Source: Botryllus schlosseri (Eukaryota). From it: DNA of 64,000 bases. The notes beneath the pieces are model-generated. The model was not told where the DNA came from. It did not search any database and saw only the letters and a list, made by a program, of their open reading frames with translations. This document shows positions 12,159 through 23,700 of the stretch, piece after piece (the first letter of the stretch is position 1; every line of letters starts with the position of its first letter). The DNA lies in assembly GCA_051294905.1 (NCBI GenBank), contig CM119372.1, forward strand, positions 33,358,001 to 33,422,000, written 5' to 3'. The position numbers were made by a program, and so were the translations under genes.

Positions 12159-13100
12159 CAGTGTTGGGATCAAGTCACCATCTTCGAGTCACGATTCATT
12201 TCGAGTCACTGCACATTTTGACTCGAGTCAAGTCAAGTCAATCGATTTTCGAAAGTGACTCGAGTCAAGTCAAGTCACCCGATTTTTGGAGATGACTCGA
12301 GTCAAGTCAAGTCACGAGTGAAGTCACAATTCAAGTCAAGTTGCCTTTTCGAAGTATGGGGCATGATTACATCATTGCATTTTTTTAGCTGTCTGAAATG
12401 CAGATTGAGTAGTCATTGATTCGGAACCGATGAACGAATGCAGAGTTTAATATACACGCTGTATCGCTCACATATATGTGGAACTGTTAAACTACGTGAG
12501 TAATTGCATAGACTCAGTGTATAGTTCGCAGCAGAATAGAGAATAGAGAATAGAGAAACGAATTGAAAAGATGCAATACATTACCCACTTACAAATTGAT
12601 TTGATACAATTCGAGCCTGTGCCAATGATTGAGAACTATATAAACTATATTCGAATTCAATATCAATAAAACAAGAGGCGTGGTTAAGGTAAGAACAGAA
12701 ATAGACATTTAGCTATTAAATTATTTTACTATACTAGTTTACGACAACGTAAGCTGTAAGCTTCGATCACTTCGTTTGCGGGCAATTTATTTGTGAGAGA
12801 ACAATGACGGCTCATTAAATCATTGAATTATTGAATGATTGCTCACTCTCACGGGTTACGCCAGCGTTTCGCGAACAATTCGACCATATGCAAGATACAG
12901 GGATTTTTAACGACACCGATTACTTGATGACTTGAAATTGACTTGTGAATTTTGCTCCGAGTCAATCCACATTTCTGATACGCCGAGTCCAGTCAAGTCA
13001 AGTCATTTTAGCAAAGTGACTCGAGTCAAGTCAAGTCATACGAAAAAGGTGACTCGAGTCTGACTCGAGTCAAGTCATGACTCGAGTCATCCCAACACTG
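12159..13100 (+). mobile_element. ~950-bp hAT-type MITE with GACTCGAGTCAAGTC arrays, copy 1
   Basis: TIR CAGTGTTGGGAT/ATCCCAACACTG; perfect TSD CATGACAG. Confidence 0.95.
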
Positions 13101-14497
13101 CATGACAGTTTGATAGTTTGTTGCGTCCATGGCTTTACCTACCCATGGCGTTACAAGTCACATGTCCTTCTCTGATTTTAACGTTTGAACCAACTCAACT
13201 CGAGTCATTTTCATTTTATCACCAAGTTCGAGTAATTCTACTAAAGATCGCGCATAAGCCAAAATTACAATTTTTAGTCACGAATCATCAACGGGTCAAG
13301 TTTTATCATCAGGAACAGGTAATGTGACGTGATAGCAGATCTTCAACCGCATGGTTGCTTTTGAGAGTGTTGCGATCACTGAGCTACTGCAATATTGAAG
13401 TTGATAAGGAGTTCAAGGTTTTTGGAGTGAATTTTAAGTTCTTAGGGTTAAAAAAGATATGTAACAGTTAAATATTGTCGAATACTTGAAAATCCAAAAT
13501 GCTGACGCGGGCCACACAAAATGTACTCTCGGGTCGCTTGTTTGAGACCTCTGATATTTTCACTCTTGTCAACGAGAGTTAGCCTATACAAAATCCACCA
13601 GCTACGCTGCTCAGTTTTTCTTTGAGATCTGCCACTTTCACAGCATGTTCTTTTGCAAGATCTTACATTCATGATGGTAAAATGACCCGTGAAATACCTC
13701 AAATTCGAGAAAAATAATCAAAACCTAGCACAACAATGAGACAGATGTAGAATTTTTGCCTTCTGCTAAAATGCATCATACTTCCGATCGAAACCAAAGA
13801 AAATCACGAACTACCTAATGCAACAATAGCATATTCGGCCTTGCGATTGGGTAATTGTAGTGATTTACTCAAAAAAAAAGATTAAACGATAGAAACACAG
13901 GTTATGAGGCGTCCACTGTGATCACTCTCACAAGTGACAAACACGAATAAAATATTCGCATCAACGAAAGTGATACATCCTACATTGGAGCGACAAGAGA
14001 TAGTCCCGATATTGACTATTACTTTGGTAATATATTTCTGCTTGTTACAATTTGACCCGCTGCTACTGGTTGGAATGGAGCCAAATGTCCGGTGTACCAT
14101 TTTTTATGGAAGCTAACAATTTATTAGCTAAGCCAAAAGTTTTATTAAAAGCCAATATACAACAACGACGATACATGCTACTTTTCAAAGCTTTCATTCA
14201 TTACTTAAATCCTAATTTAGTTGAAGCCAATGTAAAAACAAATTTCGTAATTAAAACAGAATCAGATAGCAAATAGTCTGACTATATCTGTTCATGGCAG
14301 TCCCATCAGCCGCAGTTGATTAGAGCAGAACTTGTAACGTAGGATTCATTGTAGCAGGATGGTAGGTAGGCCTACTTCTTGCTACTGAAGTTGTAGGAGA
14401 AGCGCAGTACGAAGTATCACCAACTTCGAAACTTGTGTGTTGGTATAAAAGTATGTCAGCCAACATCGCATGCTAGTAACAATTGTGTGCTTGGCAT

Positions 14498-16944
14498 CAG
14501 ACATGGGGTGATTACTTCATGAATGTAATCGATTGCGATTACGATTACTTCGGAATCACGCGATTACGATTACGATTACGATTACAGCAAAATCAGGAAG
14601 TAGTCGATTACGATTACGATTATATTGGAAAAGTAATCACGATTACTCACGATTACATTTGTTTTGCTTCTTAGGACTATAATCTTATATGATATATCGG
14701 AAGACAATACAAGGATTGCGATGAAAAGGCCTAATGAGATATCAACTCTCTTCATACATCATGCGTCATTTGCCTATTACGTCATAATATACCAATTGCT
14801 CAACTTTATAGTGGATGATTTATCGCACCCAACGATTTGAATTATTGCCAGGTCTTTACCTGCCGCACCCCAAATTCCTTAATAGGGTGGGAAGCGTGCT
14901 CGACGAGGACTCAAAAGTATTTTGTAAACCAACATAAATTATAGAGTATTTTCGAGAATTTAATTAATTCTTGAAAATGTTCTTCGAGCTTTGTGATTCA
15001 AATGTCTCTAGTAGCCTACAGGGTCACCAACGCGGACCAAATGAGTCGCCCGCGGTCGCTGTATCAAATATCCAAATAAGAGATTTGAAAGTTGAAGCTG
15101 GTTTCACATGAGCAGCAGTTGAACATGGGTCGGCCGACCCCAAGGAACATACGAACGCCGTCGCTCGGGGCATTGCTTGTCTTCGCCCACGCGGCGGCTC
15201 TACGGGAATCTATGGTTAATATTCCCGCGGAGATTGGCGCTTCGGCGCGCACTGCAGCAACGCAACTGAACCCGGAGGAGCTGTTGTGAGTCCCGGCGAG
15301 TGAGCGATTTTTGTTCTTGGTAAGGGGCGGAAACCTGGCCCAGTGTTCTGATTGTCTTACTCTAAGTGAATAAATCCAACTGAACACGGATAAACGGCGG
15401 AAGTAATTGGTAACCCGTCGGTCGTCGCAATAATCAGTCGACACTACACAAGAAGAAGCTTTTTGTTTCAAAACGGTTGGTGACCCCGGCTCCAGTAGAT
15501 AGCTGGGTTTGAAATGCATACCTCTTCCCCTCAAGAAAAAAACATGCATAGGCTATTTTATGGGAGCCGGAATTTTGGAGCCGGTCATTACCGCACCACG
15601 ATCCCACAACACACCAAAAGACATATGCAGTTTCGGCCTTCTCGCAACTCCACGGGATGTGATACCAAAGAAATACCTTGGCTGAAACTTAGGGTATTCG
15701 TCCATTGTCAATAGCCGCGCAGGGTGGGCGTGACTAATAACTCATGTCCTTCTAATCTGGGCACACAATGCAAATGCCACCCGGCACATCCACAAAGGAA
15801 TAAAGCTATGACAATTTGTGTGTGCGTCTCACGAAATATATTCTTTTAGTCTGCTGCGTTTGGGCGAGTACAATATCTTTGGAATATACAACAGACTGGA
15901 GGTCGCGAATTAGCCACATACAATAAAGTAAATATAACAACATACCAGATGCTATGATTATGAATTACGTGCCCCAGCTCTACAGGTTAATCTGACAATC
16001 GGACCTGAGAGAGGTTATAAATGAATAGTAATATAATGCAATTACCAATATTATTGACGAAATTCAGTTTTGACAATTGACCAACGGTTGGACAGGGGGA
16101 CGAATTGTTGTTCTGGCTGAATTGGCTGAATTTTTGATTCTAGCTACTACAACGAACTGTGAAATAATGATTGACGCCCGTTTCAAGTAGTTATATGAGA
16201 TTAAGATATAGTGCACATGAAAATTCTGCCTTCAACTTAATACATATACTGCGAGCTGCTGTTACGAGAAACGGCTAAGCACGGTTCAGTTATGATATAT
16301 ATCAGCAGCTGTTTATTTGTAATGCTTCGTTGTGGAAACTGCAATGTTTTATTCGACGAGAACAAAATTCCGAATCTTCGTCAGGTGCACGTGCGTACGT
16401 AGGCCTCCTGCTCGCCAAGCAGCAACGGTAAATTGCGTTTAACTAAGCACAACCGAACATCAATACATAAGTTACTATTTGAAACTATAGGCAGAGAGGT
16501 GATCAATATCCTGCTGCGAGGTAGGGGCTTCTGTAGTGTGTTGATAACCTGATATACATCACGGGGTTGTTCCCACGATCACACTACAATGTCCATCGCA
16601 TGTCTGTTTACTATGTGTGGATACTTCTTACGCAATGACGAGCGGAGCTATTACGTCTGACGTAATAATGAGTCAGTGGCGTTGAAAACAGACGATTGTA
16701 CTGTCGCTAACGTGGTACATTAGGCCTATCTCATTCTTGTTCACGAATATTCAGTTTATGTCATAGTCCTTGTACAAACAAAAAGTAATCGTTCTTTCAC
16801 AAAAAATCGATTAGATATGGGAAGTAGTCGATTACGATTACGATTACTTCGGATTTTTTTCGAATGTAATCGATTACGATTACTTCAAAATGCTGTAATC
16901 GTCGTAATCGATTACGATTACTAATCGCGATTACCCCATGTCTG
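14498..16944. mobile_element. hAT-type MITE with (GATTAC)n subterminal arrays; nested element at 15019-15489
   Basis: TIR CAGACATGGGGT/ACCCCATGTCTG; perfect TSD CTTGGCAT. Inner CAGGGTCACCAAC...GTTGGTGACCCCGG with TSD CTCTAGTA/CTCCAGTA. Confidence 0.9.
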
Positions 16945-19900
16945 CTTGGCATTCGCATACTTGATTCCTCTAATCACATCTGGCAAATATCAAACGGTAG
17001 AGCCTTATACGGCCGACGCTATTGTTACGTCTTTACTTGGCCACAATTAAGTCGAAGCAACAGAGAGGTCATTCAAGCAGATTGTATGACGCCACCATTT
17101 AATTACTGCCGTCTCCCGAATATAGGACTTAATGATTTCCTCCAATCTGAATTTCAGATTTTGGCGAGAGGAAATGAGGCAACCGTGATTTAACGTAAGC
17201 TTAAACTCGGTAAAATGGTTAGATCGCATCTATATAGAAAATATATTATATATTTGAAGTAACCATAGTTTAACATGAGGCATCAGTGCATGCATGCTAT
17301 ATATATCGGCATATCAGGAATCATAAACAGGACATCGGACTGGTGTAAATTGAAAATTGGTGATAATATACTCTAGATGCCAAATAGCAACAACAGCAAT
17401 AACTGTGCTCCAGCGAGACTTACGTGTGGGGGTTACGCTTTAGAAGACCACGCAGTCTACCAAGGAGCAGAGTCTCATACCGGATTTATGCATGCATAGA
17501 TTGAGCTCATATTAGCAGATAGCCTTTGAATAGGGGCCAGTGCGCCAGATCTCAGTGTAGTTGCTAATTAACAACAATGTAGAAGTGTCTATAGACGTGT
17601 AGTTCGGAAATAATAACAGTTAGTGTAAGAAGATAATTATAGTCTAATCTTATTTATATGATAAAAATCTAAAATATTCACAGTGCGAACACCCCTATCC
17701 GGTTTCAGTCATACTTGCGCAAAAGAGCAACAAGATTTAAGGATATTTTTTGACTTTTAAACATAAATCGACTGATGCAGAAAGCATTGTAATTGAAAAA
17801 TATACCAGCAATAATATCACAATTGTCGGCATTTTATAACGTGTTGTGAACGTTTCAAAGTCTATCTATTGCTATAATCGTTGTGCAAATGGATGGAGAC
17901 AGAGGTTTCTTTATAAGCAAATATGCATTGCCTGCCACCTGAATTTTCTGTCTGAGATTCCGTAACATTCCATAACGCGGATGCGATGCGCGAAGTCGTA
18001 TCCGCGTCATTTTCCAATCGCAATCCCCGTAACAACCGTCATTGACACTCATTACAAAGGCGTACGCATGAGATAATCGTGTTTAACATTCCTATTCCTA
18101 ATAACCCGCATCACTCATACACAGTCGTCTGCTCACTTCCACGGTATACATCACAGTAAATGTCAATCTAGCACCTTCTCGACCTTCTCGTACAAAAGGC
18201 GCAGTGTACGCACTGGTTCATGAAGTCAATATCTATTAAAGCAGGGCCTTAAACGCATACATTTTTATACTTGACAACGACATTGATATGAGGCCTATAT
18301 TTCCATAACAAATCTATCGTTTTATATTATTCAAAGTTTGGTTTCAACTAATTTTGTGTTAGCCATTGTGACTTATATGAACCTGTATCAAGAGTAATCT
18401 TTTACCGCAACCAGATCGCCGTTTGATCGCAGGTAATAGCTTTGATATAAATAATTGCTGGTTATGTATGTTTAGATCTTCGATATTGGTCGCATATGGT
18501 AATAGTTAGTTGCAGCTGTCTGGATTGAGATGTGAATTACATAATTGGAACTAAGGCTAAGTTAGTTCAAGCCAGTGAAGCTTCATCCGTTGCTACTATT
18601 TAGCATCGTATGCAATATACCTACACCAATTGACTACACAGCTCTATGTTGGGGTACCATACGTTCACTTTTTTCAATAAATTGAAAGTTTCCTCGGAGG
18701 ACGCCTAACTGTCTTATGTTTTGGAAATTTTTTTCGTCAACACCACAGACACATCGTAAAAATGCGGGTAATTTGGGAGTCAGGTCAAATGGATGACCTT
18801 TTTATTAGTCAGCACTGCTGGTACTTTTGGTCGAGCAATTTTAAATTCATCGATTTTCTTTTCCGGTATCACAGCTTTCGGAGTTTTTAAAAAGTGTCAT
18901 CTTTTTCGGAACTCAAAACATGGTAAACATATATGTAATACTGCTCGCACTTGGCGTCGCAGTACTTCCAGATATCCGCACACCTTTATTTATATTTCCA
19001 CCAGTTCGTGATATTTGATACTTTTCGACAGAAATTATTATGTCTATACTTATGAAAGTCAAGCTACATTACTGATGCCGTTTGTGGAGGCGAACCAAGT
19101 TGCAGGTAAGAGTCGTCGTAAGAGTCTCAGACCAGATTTGGATATACGATTTTTACTAAAGTGGATTTGGATACAATTACTTGTTGAAGATGTATCTTAA
19201 GACGAAACAATAGTTAATGCGGTTTTGAATACGTATATAAGGTGAAATAGCGATTTATGAGATTCGCCAAAACTATTTGAACTCGACGTAGAGGGAGATA
19301 AGTTGTAAAAGTACAGGGGTGAGTCATGAGTCATAGTTTCGTATTCTTCATTATTTATTCGCCCATAGCAACCGTCAAAATTACAGGATGCAATTTCGCG
19401 ACAATAGAGGCAATTTGAAGTCTATACTCCATCACAGTGACACCGAGCCCCAAGCTTGTCCCAGTTCCGTGTACACAGCAAAATAAATTAGACTTCGAAG
19501 CAATCAACGTCAGTCAACCTCTAGTTGTTGTTGTCAAAATTATCAATCTCTCTTCGACCTCTCTATTCCTACAGTAACTTGTATATGCAACATTTATCCA
19601 ATCGCATCGTTAATTGGAGGCCGTACTGTGTACTGTTTATGTGGCGTACATCGCGTCAAGTTTGCTTTCGGATAAAATGAGGGGAACATCGAATCGTTTT
19701 AGAGACCCCCAGTTGCCGATTTAAAGGAATCAATCTCAGATTCTAAAACTGCTAGATTGAATATTATTTTCAAACCTGGACAGGTTATTGTCAGATATAA
19801 CCTAGAATGTCAAGAACTATCGATAATAATGCAATCATTGAATTTAGGAATCGAATTTGAAAACAAACATTAAATCCATATTGCTACCATATAATATAAC

Positions 19901-20793
19901 GATATTTTAGGTCAGTGTTTCTTAATCATATTAGCTCTCGTACTATTTGAGCTCCCAAGAAAAGTTCTCGTAGCCACTCTCCATTTTCAACACAACATTT
20001 CATGGTGCGTGGTGCCTGTATTAAAATCAAAAAGACCAATCACATAGAGCGAGGAAAATTGTTGAGTTGAATAAATCGACGCAGAAAACATTTTTTGCGA
20101 AATAATATTCGACTCTAGATAGCGTGTGCCGACAGGCCTAATTCAAAAATGCATGGCGTACCCTTTGATTTGGTTCTGCGTCCACGGGCACATGGTAAAG
20201 AACCCATGTTTAACGTGATCGCTTATAAAATCGTAAGCAAATACTTTACTGAACTGTTTCATGACGTACATTAATCAACTTAACCAGAGGTAATCGACAA
20301 GGAAAATTGATTAAACGATGATGCTGGTTGGTTTTCCTCAATTCTACTAATTATCGCTAATACAATTATTCGAACTTTCGTTAATATCAGACCAGATTGA
20401 TGGACACAATGACCGCAGGGCTTACATTGATCAGTCAGGCGCGTTACAGTTATGATTTTCAATAATCGAGGGGAAGTCGTACCGTTCTATATAAGTCAAT
20501 ATTAGTTGTGATTTGTTGTTTGTCCCCCATAGTGATCACAGCAAATGTGTGCACTGATATGTATTGCGCAATGAGATTGTGTTTAAGCTAGATTAGCAAC
20601 CGTAGATTCAAAGTACGTAATAAATATTGCCGTGCTTCATTTTACCGTCAAGTATAGGCCACGTTCGGTTTCAATTTTAAGTAATATATCATTTTAATTA
20701 TTTTAGAATAACAATTTACATTTCTTCACAGAGCGGTACGAATATTCTGCCTCCGCATATTTGCGGAAGAAACGTTAACAGGGCCATAAAGAA

Positions 20794-23700
20794 ATGGACA
20801 ACTACCACAAATTGACTATAAAATACCGAAATACTGAGATCAACTCCAACATATTTACCTACTTTTTCTTGCTGGTCTGTCTCCCCATATTTCATGCCGC
20901 GCCAATGCCAAACACGGTGGGATTTAACGCAACCAACTCATTCGACATAAAGGATCAGGAATATCGTATTGAATTACCATTTTCGATAAGGTTGTTTGGT
21001 GACGGGCAATTTTCTGCAGTGTATGTAAGTACAAAATGTTGCAGGTGCAGTGGTGCCTTTGACGAAATTGCTCATTTTGTAGATAAACTCCGTCGGTGGT
21101 GTGAGCTTCGGCGCGGGTGCTATTCCAAACACAAGACTTGATTTGATAAAGACGAAAGTGATCATTTTCGCGCCTCTGCTGTTAATGCCTGATGTGGAAG
21201 GTGCGTTCCACCCTTTAGATATACTAATGAACATAGATTGATGTGCTGGTCATATTAATACTGAAAATGTAAGAGAGACTGGTGTAGATAAATTGTGCAT
21301 TGTTTTAGCGTTTTAAGACGCTAGTCAGATATAGATATAGCCCGAGCAGCGGCTAGGCTTCTTAGTAGTTGTGTATAGAGGAAAATAGCTGGGAAATATA
21401 TGTGTGTTGTTGTTGGTAGCATTCATGGTCTTTGTCGATCACAAAGGTCGTTTACAACATGTCGACATTCCCTATTTATGATTTCGTTGCTGCCGACGTA
21501 GCACGGCCCACTTCTAGGCTTTTGAAAGGCACCGCTTACACGGTTGAGAAGGCGAGAAGGAGCCTAGATAAACCTCCTACAGTTAGGTAAGGAATTTTGG
21601 ACCCCCGACCCATTGGTATTGCAACTGTGGACTATACCAATACGCCAGTGGTTCTCAACCTTTGTGTCTTCGCGGACCCCTTTTGAATCGTCACGAACCC
21701 CCTCGGACCCCCCAAGTTTAAGATCAAATTTATTGTGCCACCGTTATCTGCCTGCTTCAAACATTAACTGTAAGCTGGTGACAAACAACAACAAAATGTC
21801 TTTTCCTGAAAATCACATCATACTATTTATGCACGAGTGCCGAAAATAGATTTCCTGAAATATGGGGGGCGGCAAATTGACCCGTAACGCTTCCGATGAC
21901 GCATTTGGATATGATCGCAACCTATATGGCACCAAAATGGAGAATATATTTTTATTGAACATCCAGCCTAGTCATTTCTATCAAGCAGCTGACCTTGAAG
22001 GTATTCCGGAATGGTGGTTATGTACATCACAGGAGAAAATGACTTAATGCAAACATTTCGAAGTGACCCTGATGGACCTTAGTACTTCCACAAACCACCA
22101 CAACAACATGACAATTCTGTTGACATTTTAGCAGCTATGATTACCTAATTTAAAGAAATACAAATTTAGTTATCAAACGTTTTGCAAATTTAGAGGTTTC
22201 GCGGACCCCCGGTTACGAACCACTGCCTTACGCTATATCGCCACATGGAAAATATATAATAATCGCGAAGCCCGAACATTTTTGTACCGTGCTTGAAGTA
22301 ATCTGTAGTTTCATGCGATCAAATCGTTTCCATAACAAGTATATCAAAACTCCGAAAGGAAGCCCACGATTTTATCGCGTATATATCGTCCGTTGTTGTT
22401 ATTTGTGGTATTCGTGGTGTTTGCAGACTGCAATGGTCATTGAAACCAAGCTGATATTTGTTATTTTCAATCCTGTAACTGCCGACTTGTAGCATGGCCC
22501 ACTTCTTCGCTTCTGTATGACACCGCTTACGCGGGTGACATGGCGGGGAGGAGCCTAGATAAACCTCCAACACTTGGGTAGGAATTCTGCAGTCGACCTC
22601 GGTCGGATTCGAACCCATAACCTATTGGAGTTGTAGCTACGGATTATACCACTAAGCCAGGGGTGGGCAAACTTTTGAGCTCGCGGGCCGCATTCAACAT
22701 CTGAATCCATTCGCGGGCCGCACTATATAAAATTGAGATTATAAACCAAAACGCATTATTGGTGTTTGATTATATAGTGAGGACATGAAGATATTATATA
22801 TGCCAATTTAAAACAAACCAAAGATTGCTTTGATGATATCGTACACACGTCAGAAATAGTGACTAGATTTCATAGGCTGGCCGACCTCAATAACCAATTT
22901 GTCAAAACTATAGTAGAGATGATAGTCGGTTATCCCGAATCTTAGAACAAGATTGAAATTTAAATCTGTGAAGAGCGATCTGTTCATAGATTTAGTAATT
23001 CCGCTTTCGGTTCAGTTCCAGGCCACACAACGCTGACAGCATCATAACCATGGTAGCTTCAAACACGCTTCTACCATATGTGTAGATAAAATATAAATAC
23101 CCTAATTCTACGCATACAGAGAACGAATCTACCAAATTAAGACACGCGCGAATCATTTTTATAAGCACATCACTGAAATGATTAAAACTGGAGTTGCCAA
23201 TCTGAAATCACAGTCTTGAGTCGTGATCCGAATTATGTCAATGTCGTTTAGTATTTCTGTGATGTTTAGCAGAAACCCTTCAAACTTCGTGGGCCTCGAG
23301 ATCGGGCTGTCGCGCCAGAAATTGAATATAAGAAACAATATAGTAAGTATTTAACTTAGAACAGTTGTTCTTTTTAAGACACGCCCCCCTTATGATGGTG
23401 AAAGATTTCGCGCCCCACTTGTCGTCATATCACGAAACGTGACATACTCGGATGCTAGCAAACATAGCCGATAGTTTGCTGGCATGGAAGGTTACGACTG
23501 TGGATGAGAGATTTTTAAATATGAAATTCAGACTAAATACAGAGCAATAACTATGAATTATATGTAAATCGCGCGAAGCGCGAAAAAATTCAGTTGAGCT
23601 CAGCTTCGCAACCCCCTTCAGATGTTTTCACTCCGCGCCCACCCCAATTTGAGAACCACTGCCTTAGAATTATCATGGTGAAATATACTAAGAAAAAATT

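Larger units (their letters stand above)
6774..13553. mobile_element. Old hAT MITE (inverted relative of 57032-58148) expanded to 6.8 kb by nested insertions
   Basis: Both ends and several internal segments (~8585, ~11770, ~12125, ~13110) match the reverse complement of 57032-58148; no TSD recovered. Confidence 0.75.

Noticed and set aside
12159..16944. GAGTCAAGTC, GATTAC and GGCTCC arrays as CRISPR-like repeats
   Set aside because: They are 5-6-bp tandem units without unique spacers, confined to the subtermini of TIR/TSD-bounded MITEs; eukaryotic context, no cas genes.
17974..18006. 12-bp GC-rich hairpin ACGCGGATGCGA...TCGTATCCGCGT as a Helitron end or terminator
   Set aside because: No downstream CTRR or U-tract on either strand and no second copy; insufficient support.
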